In this document: piece by piece, positions 13,701 to 26,900 of the stretch
How the letters are laid out: each line of letters opens with the position of its first letter
How positions within the stretch are numbered: the first letter of the stretch is position 1
Assembly (NCBI GenBank): GCA_051294375.1
Contig: CM119271.1
Coordinates: forward strand, 13,950,372 to 14,014,371
Source of the DNA: Paraspadella gotoi
Lineage: Eukaryota > Animalia > Chaetognatha
Direction: 5' to 3'
Length of the DNA: 64,000 nucleotides
Position numbers and translations under genes: made by a program
The notes under the pieces: generated by a model
Database searches by the model: none
Seen by the model: only the letters and a program-made list of their open reading frames with translations
What the model was told of the DNA's origin: nothing

Positions 13701-14508
13701 CCATCGCCGTCGCCAATTTGGCCGATGAGAGTCAAAGGCGCGACTCTTTGATTGGGTGAGTTTAATCGCTTTCTTTTTCTATTGTTTTGTTCTTTCGTTC
13801 TTTGCTTTGTGCCCTTTGCCCTTTTGTTTATTCTTTATTCGTTCATCCCCCAGAGCCCTCACCCTCTTTGCCGACGCCCTTCAACTCGCCGGCAAGACTC
13901 CCTCCTCTCACTTCGTACGCCTCGTCGCATTTTGGTGCGCAGCGTCTCTGCCCGCGACGCCGCTTCCGCTTCTCGGTCACCAAACCGGCGCTGATCCTCC
14001 CGGCGTCGCCGCCTACGCCCGGCGCGGTTCCATCGGCGCCAGGCCCTCGCCGCCGGCCTCTCGACTTTCTCTTCCGACCGACGACGTAATTCAGTTGACG
14101 GAAATCCACGAATATTTGGCGCAACAGTTCGATCCGACGGCGGCGACGCTGGCGGAGCCGCGGCGCGATTTAGACGTCTCCTTGGAATCGAGCGACCATC
14201 GGGGCCTCCGCTCGTCGTCGAGCGATTCTAAACTCGACTCTCTCGTCGACCTTCATCGCGGATTCGCTCCTTTTAAACTCTTGTACGCCCAACGCCTGTT
14301 GGAGGCCGGTCTGGCGCGGCAGGCGCTGGCATACTGCGCCGAGACGGCAAAGGACGTCGCCAGGCACCCTTCCTTGGCGCGACCGACTCGAGCCTTGGCG
14401 CTGTCGGCATTGGCCGAGGACAAAGCCTTCGTCAACTCGTTCGTGGCCAACAGGAATTTGGAGGAAACTTCTCCCGTCTGGTTACGAGATTTGAATCGAT
14501 TTTGCTGA
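4705..14508 (+). CDS. SEC16: SEC16 (ER exit-site/COPII scaffold) with a very long acidic disordered N-terminus
   Basis: ATG 4705, intron 4842-4917, giant exon 4918-10582, then short exons. Conserved central-domain motifs: PRTPPKFSRPLPIFKFGGGG, LLWELMELLLRQNGRILGADVAELL, FRRLLQVGKMSEAVDWAFANKEEGHAMYL, IQLTEIHEYL, FAPFKLLYAQRLLEAGLARQALAYC. Stop at 14506-14508. Confidence 0.85.
5458..5545 (+). repeat. Coding 12-bp tandem repeat (EEPA/DEQA units) in the SEC16 giant exon
   Basis: Repeated gaggagcctgca/gatgagcaggca units encoding EEPAEESADEMAEEPAEEPADEQAEKPADE. Confidence 0.75.
11651..11743. repeat. Dispersed intronic repeat of about 100 bp, copy 1
   Basis: gatggaggtcttaaac...gggcaagatagcttgtttattgaatgaatggataattattatattgg closely matches 46584-46689. 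Confidence 0.7.
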
Positions 14509-14805
14509 CATGAAGAAACAATTATTTTTTTTTCAAACGGGTCGCAGAGTCATTCCTGTCTTAGCAGTAGTTAATTAAGAAGTTACAATTTATAAACGAT
14601 ATTGACTAATTCTTGTAGTCTCCAGCTTATTATATTTTATTACCGGCGATTCGAAGTTTATTGTTAATTTTGACTTAAACCCCAATTCACGCTTTTTCCT
14701 GATTTTTTTACACTTTTTCAACTATAGTTAAATCGAAATTTTTTTTTTTTACAGATTTTAGACCAAAAATTTTTTACGGTAATCTTCCTTTGTGAAAATT
14801 GAATA

Positions 14806-15598
14806 ATGGGTTTGGATCTAGGAGCGAGCCTCGCCGGCACCTTTGCCCTCTACGGGATGTTGCAAGTCATAAAGGACGTCGTCGTCGAAGTCCTGGGCAT
14901 CGCATATCCCACGCCGCTCACAGGTCCAACGCAATAAATTAATTTGCATATTGTCGCCGTGGAATTAAGGATCTTAGATTTAGTGTCGAAAGAGAGGGAA
15001 GTTATATTTTTGTGAATCTATTTGTGTTGAAGCAAAAAAATTGCACACCCTTATCAATCGATTGAGAAATTTTCTGGATGTTACTTGAGCTTACAGGGTC
15101 TTGCTTTCGGATACTATAGAAAATATCCTGACTCTTAAATTTTAAGTAATTTTGAGTCATCATTTTAATGTATGACTAGCTTACAGCGTTTGCCCTTCCC
15201 GCAGAGTAAGTTGACGAGTCGAAAAACCCCTACCCTTCTTCCTCCATTCCCTCACAGGTCGCTATCTCCTCGTCGGCCTTCTCTACGTCCTCGGTGCCGC
15301 TCCCGACGCCGCAGTCGCCGTGCTCGTCTTCCGCACCGCGGCGCTGCTGTCCTTCCTGCATCTCCTCGCGCAACTCTTCGATTTGCCCAAGGTGGGTTTT
15401 ACTTTTATAATAATTATTTTATTCTCCCGATTTTTTCGTTTTCATTTTCGTATCGTATTTCCCCTTCAGATGATGGCCCTTCTCGAAAAGACGGGCTCCG
15501 TCCTCGTGGGATACATGGCGGTCATGGTTTTCCTGAAGGTGAAGAAGTTTTTCATCGAGTTGGACAAGATCGAGGAGTTGACGGGAGTCGCTTTGTGA
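14806..15598 (+). CDS. Small multi-pass membrane protein (~125 aa), MAPEG (MGST1/PTGES)-like but lacking the catalytic segment
   Basis: Three exons (14806-14923, 15258-15391, 15470-15598): MGLDLGASLAGTFALYGMLQVIKDVVVEVLGIAYPTPLTGRYLLVGLLYVLGAAPDAAVAVLVFRTAALLSFLHLLAQLFDLPKMMALLEKTGSVLVGYMAVMVFLKVKK... The GLLY..PD..A...FR......H..A.L pattern recalls MGST1 helices 3-4. Confidence 0.6.
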
Positions 15599-16665
15599 GG
15601 AGGAGGATGAGGAGTGGACGAAGAGTTGGGGGAGGATCTGGGGAGAAAAGATTGTCCTTTTATCCTTTTATCCTCGAATCATCGCATCTCCTGCCAGCGG
15701 AATTTTTCATTCTTCCTTTTATTACAACAAATTCTCATTTTTTGGTCCCGCAAGTCATTTTCTCGATTTGCTTTTCAATGACTTTTATTTTGAACGGTTC
15801 TCATGGTATTTTTTTTTTTTTTTGTTACGCCTATTAACTAATCCGCAAATACTTGGGAAAAGACACATTTTTTACTAACCTCTCGTCGTCGTTATGAGTA
15901 GTTTATTTCATATCATATCGACGTCGTTAACCCTTTTCTATATAATACTTTATCCTTACTACTTTTTAAAAATCAACGGGCATTTTTTGCCAAATTATAC
16001 GGTTTACGTTTTGGTTATTTTCTGGTTGTAATTTTTTCATAATCCTGCTTTTGTTTATACGCTTTTATATGAAATGTTCTCTTTTCGTCGAGCTTTTACG
16101 AAGCTCCGTCGTACTCTTATACAATGTACATATACATTGTATTGGATCTGCTGAGACGCTGACACTAAATTTGTTATTATCGTTTATGTACGATTGTTCG
16201 ACTGTTGTACAATTGTAAATATATTCATCCACGAATCATGTTTTCATTCTGATTTCATAAAATCGTCGAAATTAAGTGAGAACCAACTATTTTTAAGTAG
16301 ACGAATGCTTTCATTGGCTTTTATACCTTACAATACATATATTTTACACATAATTCTGGCATGATTTTATATCTGGACAGTTTCAAACAAAAATATATTT
16401 GTCGAATGAGATCGTAAGGGAGTTATATGTTGAATCTTTCCACAACCCATATTAATTAATACTACTAAAGCATGACTCCCGTCGTCTTCCCATTTTTGTT
16501 TTTCTGATGTGTTTTTCCCGCCAAAACGACTCGAGGCTTTAACGCTCTGTTCTTAGAAATAATCGCTCGTCCCCGAGGGCGGCCAAATAATAGCGAAGAA
16601 CAAATAAAGAGAGATTGCATAAAAAAAACCGCGCGAAACTCGATCCCGCGTTCGATTAACTCGTC

Positions 16666-19600
16666 ATGTTCGATCAAGACTTTGTGGAGATGTTGCGGGG
16701 TCTCCACCCCGGCTGCGTCTGCCTCTACTTTGTCCCGCTCGTGGCAATCCTTACCATGGCGCAGTATCCGGTCCCCGCCGCCGCCGCTATCGAGTTTCCC
16801 GTCCACCGTCTGCAGCAGTTCGATCTCGCCGGCACGGGTGAGAGATTATAGCTTTTTCTTTTTGTTATTAAACTTAATTAGCTGACTTTTAATTAATATT
16901 CAGCCTACGGTTGCCGATCGTCCGTGTTCAACTTCGAAGCTCGCTCTCTCTCCGCTGCCCTCACCGGCTCTGGCACAATGGTGAGATGGAAAGATTGGAG
17001 ATAATAAGTTTCATGTCAAAGCTGTATTAATGAAAAAGAGTTGGTACAAGCCCTTATTAGTACAGTTTTCACCAGGCTTTCCCAAACCTTTCTTGATTAG
17101 ACTATTGTCGAAATGATTAAGCAAAAAAAAAAAAGCAAGGTTCGACGACGCTTTCCATTCCGCCTCAGGTCCGTCGCTGCGTCGTGGCCAAACTGAAGGA
17201 TCTCGACGCGTCCATCGTGCGGAAGCTCATCGCCGAAAACGTCGGCAGCCTCTTAATCATTTTGCCTCAAGATTTGGGGCTGCGCGAGGATGAGAAAGAG
17301 GGAGAAGGAGGAGCGAGGGAAAGGCTCAAAGAGATAGAAGCCATCGTGCTTGGTCAGTGTGGTCGTCGTTGTTATCGAGTCTTGCTTTTCACCTCACCTC
17401 AGAAACTTAATTAGTTCAATTTGTTTTAATTTGAAAAAAAGATTCGATAATAAGATTCAAGATTTAATCAGATTAAAGAGTTAATTAGTAAAAACGTTCA
17501 TGATTTTTCAAAAAGACGGTTCCATCTCTCATTTGCAGGCGAAGAGACGAGCGTCCCAATGTTCTTCGCCCTCGAATCTCCCGAGTTGGACTCCGTCCAC
17601 CGCGAGATCTCGACGTCGCCGGGTTCCGGCGCCGAAAAGGCCGCGACCGCTTTGCAGGTAATCGGCGTCGACTTGGTTCGATGAACGCCGGCGGCGTTGC
17701 TTGTTGGAAGTAAACGGCCGTTTCTATTTTTCCGAAGGCGTTGATGGGATCGACGACGGCCAACGGGTTTCAACTGGTCGCCGGATCTTCGGCGCCCAAG
17801 AGCATTCCCGATTTCTCTTTGTCCAATCTTCAAGGTAAACAGTCTATATACATTTTCTTTGTTGTTTAATGTTCACGTTTCCTTGGAAACGACCCCCTCC
17901 ACTCCATCTTCCTCAAATCAAGGCCGCCTCCCTGGCTACGGCATCGAGGACCAGAACCCAACCGTCGTCATCGTCGCCCATTATGACGCCATCGGCGGCG
18001 CCGCCACCCTCTCCACCGGCGCCGATTCCAACGCTAGCGGCGTCGTCGCCCTCCTCGAGATCGCGCGCCTCTTCGCGAGACTTTACGCCAACAAATTGAC
18101 GCACGCCAAAGTGAACTTCGTCTTCCTTCTGGCGGCCGGTGAGGCCGAGGGGGTTTATGGAATTATCAGAGTTGTTGTTGATTATTAAAAAAAAATAAAA
18201 ATTGAAAAAGAAAAAAAAAATGTTATTTAAAAATAAAATTGATAATTTATTTTGAATAAAAGAATACGTTTTTAATTTGGTTTTTAACGTTCCTTTCAAT
18301 ATCCTCGATTCCTCACTTCAGCGGGTAAGTTCAACTACCTCGGATCGAAGCGATGGATCGACTACCAACTGGACGACACCGTCGACTCGGATCTTTCCTC
18401 CGTCAAGTTTGTTCTTTGCCTCGACGCTATCGGAGGATCCGAGGACGTGGAGAACCTTTACTTGCACGTCTCCAAGCCGCCCAAGGAAGGGTCGCACGGG
18501 CACAGGTTAGAGAGGGAGAAAGGAGACTGATGACCTTTTCTCACCCCTTCCTCCTCCATAAAGTTTCTACGCCCGTTTGTCGGAGGCGGCGTCGGTCAAC
18601 GGCGTGGGTCTCAAGATGGTCCACAAGAAGATCAACTTGGCCGACGATTTCCTCGCCTGGGAACACGAGCGCTTCAGCATGCGGAGACTTCCCGGCTTCA
18701 CTCTCTCCGCTTTGCCGCATCACAAGACGAGCGGTCGTCGCTCCTTGACCGACGTTCGGTCCTCCGTCGATCCCTCCATCCTTCGACGCAACATCGCCGT
18801 CGTGGCGCAAGCTTTGGCCGCCGACGTCTACGACATTCCGACGCCGGCAGGCGCCGAATCCGATGAGGAAATTGGGAAGCCATCGCCGGGGTTCGTGACG
18901 GAATCTTTTCCCGGTCTCGACGTTCACCTCTTGGAATCCACGTTGAAGTTCCTCACTTCCGTCCCGAGATCCCAGCAGCTGCTCGACAAGGATAGTCAGG
19001 TGAATTTAGGAGTTGTTTAACCTCAAATTTTGCAATTTTATATTACAAAGTTACATACGCAAGACTCGATAAGAGTGAAGACGAGGAAAATTGGAGATCA
19101 CAATAATCTCTTTAAAAAAAAAGTCATCCAGAATCCCATATAACGTGTTGAAGAAATAACCATTAATAGCCTACATAGGCTGTAGCCTGTATAGTCTGTA
19201 TAGCCTATACACTATATACCCCTCTGATACTCTTATTAACGCAAGCTTAAATTCCAAATGGTCCAAACGGTCAAAAAGAGACATTTTCCAATCTTTTTCG
19301 TTTTTTATCAAGTTCACTTTCTTTTCTAATAAAAAAAATTAAAGCTATCATTTAAACCTAATTGCTACAATATGCAAATGAGATTATTTTATAATGTTAT
19401 TTTGTCTCGATTCCTCGCAGCTTCTTCAGACGCTTAATCTAACGCTCTCGAAATATTTGGGCAGCAAAGAGACGAAGCGCCAGCTCTTTAAGGCCGACCC
19501 ACGCGAGCCCGAGTGGGTCTTTTACGACACCACAACGCTTCCGATGCAGGTGGGGATCGAAGGTCTTCAGATATTCGTACCAACTCCCTTCTTTATCCTT

Positions 19601-19828
19601 TCTTTCTGCTCCCAGGCGTTCAACGTGAAGCCAGCCATCTTCGATCTAATCCTGGCGGCGGGAATCCTCGCCTATCTCGGCATCGTTTATCTCTTCGTCT
19701 CCAATTTTCATTTCCTCAAAAGCGCCGTTCAGCCCTGCGTCTACCACGCCCACCACGCCGGGGTCAACGGCGTCAACGGAAAATCCGGAAGTCCTCTGAA
19801 GAATGGCCACGCCAAGAAGATGGCCTGA
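16666..19828 (+). CDS. NCLN: Nicalin (BOS complex subunit, M28 peptidase-like fold)
   Basis: EFPVHRLQQFDL, PTVVIVAHYDAIG...GADSNASGVVALLEIARLFARLY, GKFNYLGSKRWI, MVHKKINLADDFLAWEHERFSMRRLPGFTLS, and the C-terminal TM segment VKPAIFDLILAAGILAYLGIVY. About 10 exons, all GT-AG. Confidence 0.93.
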
Positions 19829-20970
19829 TTCCGGATGGGGTCGATGGTCCGTGTCAAATCTTTCTGTGTTCATCGATAAATCACGAACAGTTTTTTTCAT
19901 TGTCGATTTCATTTAGTCTTAGCTCGATTTCGGTTATTTGGGGCCAAGCAATGTGTGGCAAATTCTTAGTTCACTACGTCAAGATAATATCTTCGTACGC
20001 GCAGCTCTTGCCATTTCTTTTGTTTTTTATTTTTTTTTGTTTTTTGCCACAGTTTTATTATCTTTGCTCAACTATATGTTAAAATTGAAAGCCTTTTTAG
20101 GAATAACTACTATATTTTTTTTCTGTACAATTTTTTACTTTAAGTTCTTTTAGTTATAACAATTATTTTTAGAGAAATAATCCAAGCTCACCTAGTTTTC
20201 AACTCTCCTCTCTCGATCTTTGTCTTGAAGAGGAAAAGTCTATACTTGTGCCTGTGAATCGGGAAAGAGAAGCGATTTTGTGAAGCCTTTGGTATATTTC
20301 ACTTTTGCTGCATAAAAAAAAAAGATTGTGTTCGATTGACGTGACGGAAAATGAGCGCGAAGCTACCAACTGCAAAATATTGTTTTTGTGAATCGAGAGA
20401 TTTTTTTCTTATTTTAGTATCGTTTTTCTTATTAGATAATTATTAATTAACAACAATAACAACCTCGTTTCGCGTCATCTTCGCCCTCGACGCCAGGATG
20501 CGGAGACTTTGCGAGGGGTGAGGAAAGGGTGAGGAAGTTTGGGGGGGGAGGGAGGAGGCGGGGTTCACGGTGAAAAATGTTTACCACATTCACGCCATAC
20601 TTATTTCTTTCCTTATTCATGAGCGGTATATACAGTATACGAATGAAATAAATAATGATCGTTTTCAAAAGTTATTGTTTTACAATTTCATTTCCTTACC
20701 CCATCACCCTCAACAGAACCTCGTCAATTAATAAAGTGCCGCAGTCGGGCGTCGACTTCCTCTCTCCCGTCGCCAAATTTTCTTTCGAACATTCCAACAA
20801 ACTTCGCTTTTATTAACACTTAACTTTTTTTTCTCTTTCATCGCTTTTGAACATTCCACCTTATATTAATTCCAACCCAAAAAAAAATCATTAGTTTTTT
20901 GTTTCGGATATTTTTCCTCGGTCGTGACTTACGATTTAATTAATAATTTAAAACCAACACTAAAAATAAT

Positions 20971-23900
20971 ATGTCGACGAATCCGCCCAAGGAAAAGCCG
21001 AAACGACCGCCACCGCCTAAATCAACTTCCCCGGCGAAAGCGATGGAGAATCGATCTGCGCCTTCGACTTGGGCGCCTTTGACGTCGTCACCTTCCGCCT
21101 CGGCGCCTTCAATATGGGCGCCTACGACGTCGATACCTTCGACGTCTGCTCCTTTGATGTCGGCGCCTTTAAATTTGGCGACCTCGTCAGCGTCCAATCG
21201 CGCCATTTCACCATCATCAGTCTCTGTGTTGGGAGAAACTGTCAAATCAACTTCAGCCTCATCATCGTCTGATTCTGCGTTGTCTTCAAACCCAAAAAAC
21301 GTTACCCTCTCGTCATTAACCAACGCTTCTGCTAAATTGTCTGGACCAAACCATGCAAAGACTAAAGTCAATGACGACGCTGAAAAAACTAATGAGAAAA
21401 ACAAGGATAAAGGAAATATTTCTATGGACATTGTTCATTCAATTGATGCCAGTTCTTGCGCATCTTCATTAAAAACATTGGCTACTATGGCGTCATCGGA
21501 TTCTTCGTTGTCCACCTCACCCATGGCATTAAAGGAAACACCCCCTTTGAAGCCTTTAACCTCACCCTCCACATCTTCCTCGTCGGCGCCACTTTCCTCT
21601 CAGGCTTTTTCTACGGCGACCTCTTCATCTGCCAAAGATGACGATCTGTCAGCGACCTCTCTTCCCCTCGGCGCTCAAGCCTCTGGATCCGAGACTTCGA
21701 ATCCTGCGCCGGCGCCTTGGTCCTCAGCGGGAAGTCGACCGTCCTCCTTCGATGTGATGGACACGTCGGCGGCGAAAGCGTCGGTCGCTTCCGTCGATTC
21801 GCTCCTCAAAGAGATCTCTATCATCACGAATCCTTTTTCCGCGGATTCACCGGAAGAGGACGAGGATCTAGGTGAGGGGCTCAGGGGTCTAAGAATCAAT
21901 TTCTTAATTATTTAGTTTTATTTAAGTGAACAAGGAACGGTTATTCCAAGGGGTTGCGCCGCATTACTTTTCTTCTTACTTATCTTTTTTTAAAAAACAA
22001 AAGGCGGCGCCAGTAGTCGCTTAGATATGATTTTTAACAAATGAGTAACAAACTATAGGCAAGTTATAAGTGGGACAGACCGACCGACCGAAAACATCTA
22101 ATACATCTCGCGGCTCAACTAAAAAAACGATTTTGTTGATGAGAAAGACAGAATATATTGCTATTCTTCGCGAAATATATGATTTTCATTCCATTTCCTC
22201 ATTTATCCCAAGTTATTTTTTACTGCAATATGCAAATGAGAATAATGAAATTATTTCAGCCGCCTTTGCTGGGCTTTCTTCCGACACCGGTTACTCTTCC
22301 TCAGCCGTATCTTCCTCCTCTGCATACTCAACCGTGGCGCTAAGCGGTGGCGGTGGCGGCGGCGACGGAGAGGGTCGCGATTCGCCACTAAGTCCGGCGG
22401 AGATCATTTCCGAGGGAGTCAATATGTTGCAGGTCGGAAATTTAAAGTTAGATCATTTGAAAAATGAAATAAATAATAAAATGTTAAAAAAATAAATCTC
22501 TTTTTTTTTTTCTTTTTCTGTTACTGAAGCGCTTCTTAACGCGCGACCTAGATAATCCGAGATTATCGCAAATAAAACAAATCTAAGTTTCATCTCTATT
22601 CTTCTAGAGTGCCCTAATTTGTGCCCTAATTAATTATTGAATTCAAATCCGTGTTCAACTGCTCTCAAATAAGTATCTTTGGAAACCAAACTGTTCTAAC
22701 ATGTAAAACACCTTAACTATAACCTTGTATTCTTAGAACCATGTAATAAAGCAGAAATAGTAACCACATTTTGAGATAATACAATTTCCAATCTCAGGTA
22801 CAAATATTCATGGTAAGCAATGTAGAAGGACAGGTAGGCAAGAAGGAGGGTGGTGTTCAAGGAGAGGCAAGTGCAAGTTAAAACTTCAATTTGGGTTCCA
22901 GAATAGAGAATAAAACATTGGCAGTAAAGTAGTACAAAACATTATTTAAAGTGTTTTCCTTTTCATTTTTACACACGTGTTTGAATTGAGAGTAAAAGAC
23001 TTGTGAAAGATAAAACTGAAACACGCTCGTTCGTTAGCTCTCGCAACAGCTGATCGCGGGGAAGAGTAAATTCAGATATTCAACGGAAACAAATGATTCT
23101 ATCGATCTAAACGAAACTAAACAATTATACGCGAATAAAAAGGCATCGCTTTCTCCAGTTACCATTTCTGCTTTTTCTTACTTATTTATTCCCTGACCTC
23201 TAGGAACTGGCTCTCTCTCTCGACACTTTCGCCGATACCCAAGACGTCAAGTCCCCGGACTCTGGCGGCTCCACTGCCTCCATAGATTCCAGCGCCTCAA
23301 CCACGTCCGCCGCTTCCATCACCTCGGCCGGCAACGGCGCCGCCGCCGTCGCAGAAAACGGACGCCGACGTCGGAACCTTTACGCTAAGCGATCGAACAG
23401 CAGCGGCGAAAATGGCGTCGTCGCCGCGGGCTCCCTAATCGAGGGCGTTGCTGCTGCTTCTGCTGTTAGCGCCGAAAAGGGCGGCGTCTCTTCGAAGGGA
23501 AAGTCGATTTCTGAGACAACTGCAACAACAATAACGACGACGACGACGGCCATTCAGTCGAGCATCGACGCCATCAAGACGCTCAACGTCCAAAGTCCTG
23601 GAGCTGAAGTGACGCGGACGTCGATGGCGGGAGACTTCGGTCGAAGAAGCGGAGACGCGAAGGAGGTCGCCGCAGCAGATCCTCCGCAGCAATCTGCTGC
23701 AGCCGCCGCTCCAGCCGAATCTTCTGCCGTCGCTCTCCAAGCCGTCGATCTCTCTCGTCGAACCTTCAACGGAGTTAAATCTGAGATGAAGCGATCGCCG
23801 ACGACCGACTTCACCCTCTTTCAGGAATCCCACGCTCCCGGCGCCGCCTCTTCCGTCGTTGCCGCCGCCCTCAAAAAGTCGCCCTCTTACGACGCCGGGG

Positions 23901-26900
23901 GATTCAAAGCGGCGCCGATTAAAAAATCCTCGAGTTGCGATGATCATCAGCGACGCCGCGTGGCAGACAAAGACGCGGAGCGCGCCAGGGAGAAGGAGTT
24001 TCGGGCGCTTAGGAGTCAGTTGGAGAGGTTGCCCAGCGGGGAGTTTACCTTACCCATTGGTGGGGATAAAAAACCGGTGCCCGCTGTCAAGTCGACCGAC
24101 AACGCCGCCGACAAAGAGGATAAATCTGCCCAACCGAACAAAGTCTCGAAATCGAATTTGACGAAAGCGGCGTCTGTGGCAACGGAAACGTCCGTCGACT
24201 CGAAAGCTTCACGGTCGACGAGATCTTCGGGGATGGCCAGATCCAACACGACAGCCTCTTCGAATGAATCATCAAAGGAAAACGAATCTCTGAATGAAGT
24301 GGAGGTAACCAAGGATTCTTCCAATGCAACCCTTTCTGCTAAAAAGTCATCCAATAAGAATAACTTTACAAACGGCTCTTCCATCGCAAAAACTCTTGAA
24401 ACCAATCTTGCTCAGAAGTTCTCTCAAAAGCCGTCAGATTCTTCCTCGAAAGAGACTCCAACATCTACCTTAAAAACTCCTGCTACAAACGCAACAGTGA
24501 TGACGACTTCATCGGTCGCAACGACGATGAAGACGACGTCGACCACCTCCGCAATGGCAACTGCGACGACGACCTTCGGCGACCTAAGGTGGAGTTGCGT
24601 CGAGTCTCTCAGTTCGACGATTTGCATGAAAGGCGCCTCCAATAAAACCCAGATCGCCGCATCGTCTTCGACCGTCGTCGCGGAAAAAACCAAATCGGTC
24701 GCGGACGAGATTCCGCCGCTTCCGCCTCCGACCGATTCTGCCGGAGGCGTGGAGAAAGAAATGACGGACAGCGGATACATCAAGTCGCCGAGTTCGGACG
24801 CGTTGAAGGACGCCAAGGAAGAGGAGAAGGACGAAGCGGACAAGGACGCCGTCATCGTGGATCAAGTCAGGTCCGACGAGGGCGTTCAATCCCTCAAGGC
24901 CGCCTCCGAAACCGGCGTCGCCTCCGTCGACAAGAGTCCCGGCGCCGACGTGGTCAAATCTTCCAGCATCGGATGGGAGGGTCGCCGCTCTGACTCTTCC
25001 GAGGCTCTGCGAGGAACGTTGAGGAAACAAAAGCGAGCCAAGTCTTCGGACGAGATCCTAGGAGATCGCGGACTCTCCGTCGCTAAGGATTCCTCCTTCG
25101 GCGACGCCACGCTCGCTGATGTCGGCGGAGGATCGGCCGTCGCCATCAAAAACGAGTCGGCCAACTTCCTCGTCGCGGCTTCGGCGAAAAACTCGCGACC
25201 GACTTCGATTAAGTTGCCCGTTAAAAAGGCGACGGTCTCCAAAGTGGACAAGGGGACGCAGAAGAGTCCGAGGAAGGACGCCAGTCGGCGAAGCGGGACT
25301 CTGCCTCGACCGAAAAAGGAAGGAAAGGAAGCGAAAGAAGTTAAAGAAGCAAAGGAAGCGAAAGAAAACAAGGAGGGAAAAGCGGAGGAAGGAAAGGATG
25401 TGAAAAAGGCGACTGCGTCGACGCACGCATCGACGATGACGCGGTCGACCAGAAAAAGAGACAAACGGCAATTAAGCGACCCTTTGTTGTCCAAATTCAG
25501 TCCCATAAAAGAAGGAACGGAGGATCCGGCGTCGAAAAGCGCCGCTTCTAAAGATCTCGATATCTCCAGAGACTCGGCCAAGACGCCGGTGGACGTCTCC
25601 ACGACGCCGCGTAACGAGTTCCCCTCCGGCGCTGCTTTTTCCAAAGCGGCGCCGTCGTCGCAGAATCTGGAATTTTCGCAACCCAATTTCGATCTGGAGG
25701 AAGAATTGTACGAAGAGTTGAAGAAAGAGGCGGAGGCCGACGAGGCGGAGAAACGGCAATGCAAAACCTCCGACGCCGGCGAAACTTCGGCTCGTGTCGG
25801 CGGCGTCGGTTCGTCCGGCGTCGGTTCGTCCGGCGTCGCGCCCAACGAGTCGCAAGACTCCTCCTCCCTTCGAAGGGAAGTCCTCGATCAACTGTTCAAC
25901 GAAGAGGCCGGAGTGGCGCCGCTTTACGCCAAAGTCGTCAAAGGCGGCGTCGCTAAGTTCGACTCTCGCCGCGAGAGGGGCTACGCGTCCGACACTGAAG
26001 AATTCGAAGCGGCGTCTCCGCCGCCGGCTCCGCGATCTTCCTCCAAGGAGAATCCGACGTCATCTTCGATGAGCGCCAAGCAGGAGACGCGGCGCCAATT
26101 GGAATTACGGCGCGAAAAGCTTAAGATGGAGATCGAGATTCGGCGTCGACAAATCGAGGAGAACGTTAGACTTCAGAACGAATTGAAAAAGAAGCGATTG
26201 GCCGCCAGCGAATTGAGGGAGATTAAGGTAAGTTGACGGATACTAAATTGATAAAAATATTAGTTTTAAAAAATTAGTTCCAAGAGAAGCGTGACACCTA
26301 GGAAAAGCTCCAAGAAAAAGTTAGGACAATATTCCAATAAATTTATGGTTTTGTAAAAGAGAGACATTATTGATAAATTGTGGCTTTAATCGGAGGAGAA
26401 AGAGAGAGAGAGAGAGCCGCGCCTGATTTAAAGCTTGATGCCATGTTTATTTTTGTCCCTTTTATATTTCTCCTCTCAGGAGAGAACAAAGTTTAAAATG
26501 GAAGACTTCCTTCGCAGCGAAGAACTTCTAGCAAAGAGCGAGCTCTTGACGAACCGTTTGGGCGACAACGCTTACGTGACCATGAGAACCCGAAACCTTG
26601 ACAACTTTTTGGAAGGAAGAGGCGGCGGCAGGGGGCGCGGCAGGAGAAAGATGCAGCCGCAGGGCATCATCAAACCGCTCGGGGATGACGACGACGAGGA
26701 GGTCGACGCGGACGAGATGATGGAGAGGCGTTTCTCGCTTGACGACACGCTGGAAATGGTGAGGAGATAGTATAAAACTACTGATGCTACAAATTTTCTT
26801 ATGTTTTATTATTTTTCTTTTTTTTTAATAACAAAACCGATATAAACATTATGGAAAATCGAAAAAACAGTAACGGTAACATTAACAGCGTAAAAAGCCT

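Noticed and set aside
19167-19218. Short tagcct(g/a)ta tandem units in a nicalin intron
   Set aside because: Only a few degenerate 9-10 bp units, an ordinary minisatellite with no repeat-spacer structure, so not CRISPR-like.
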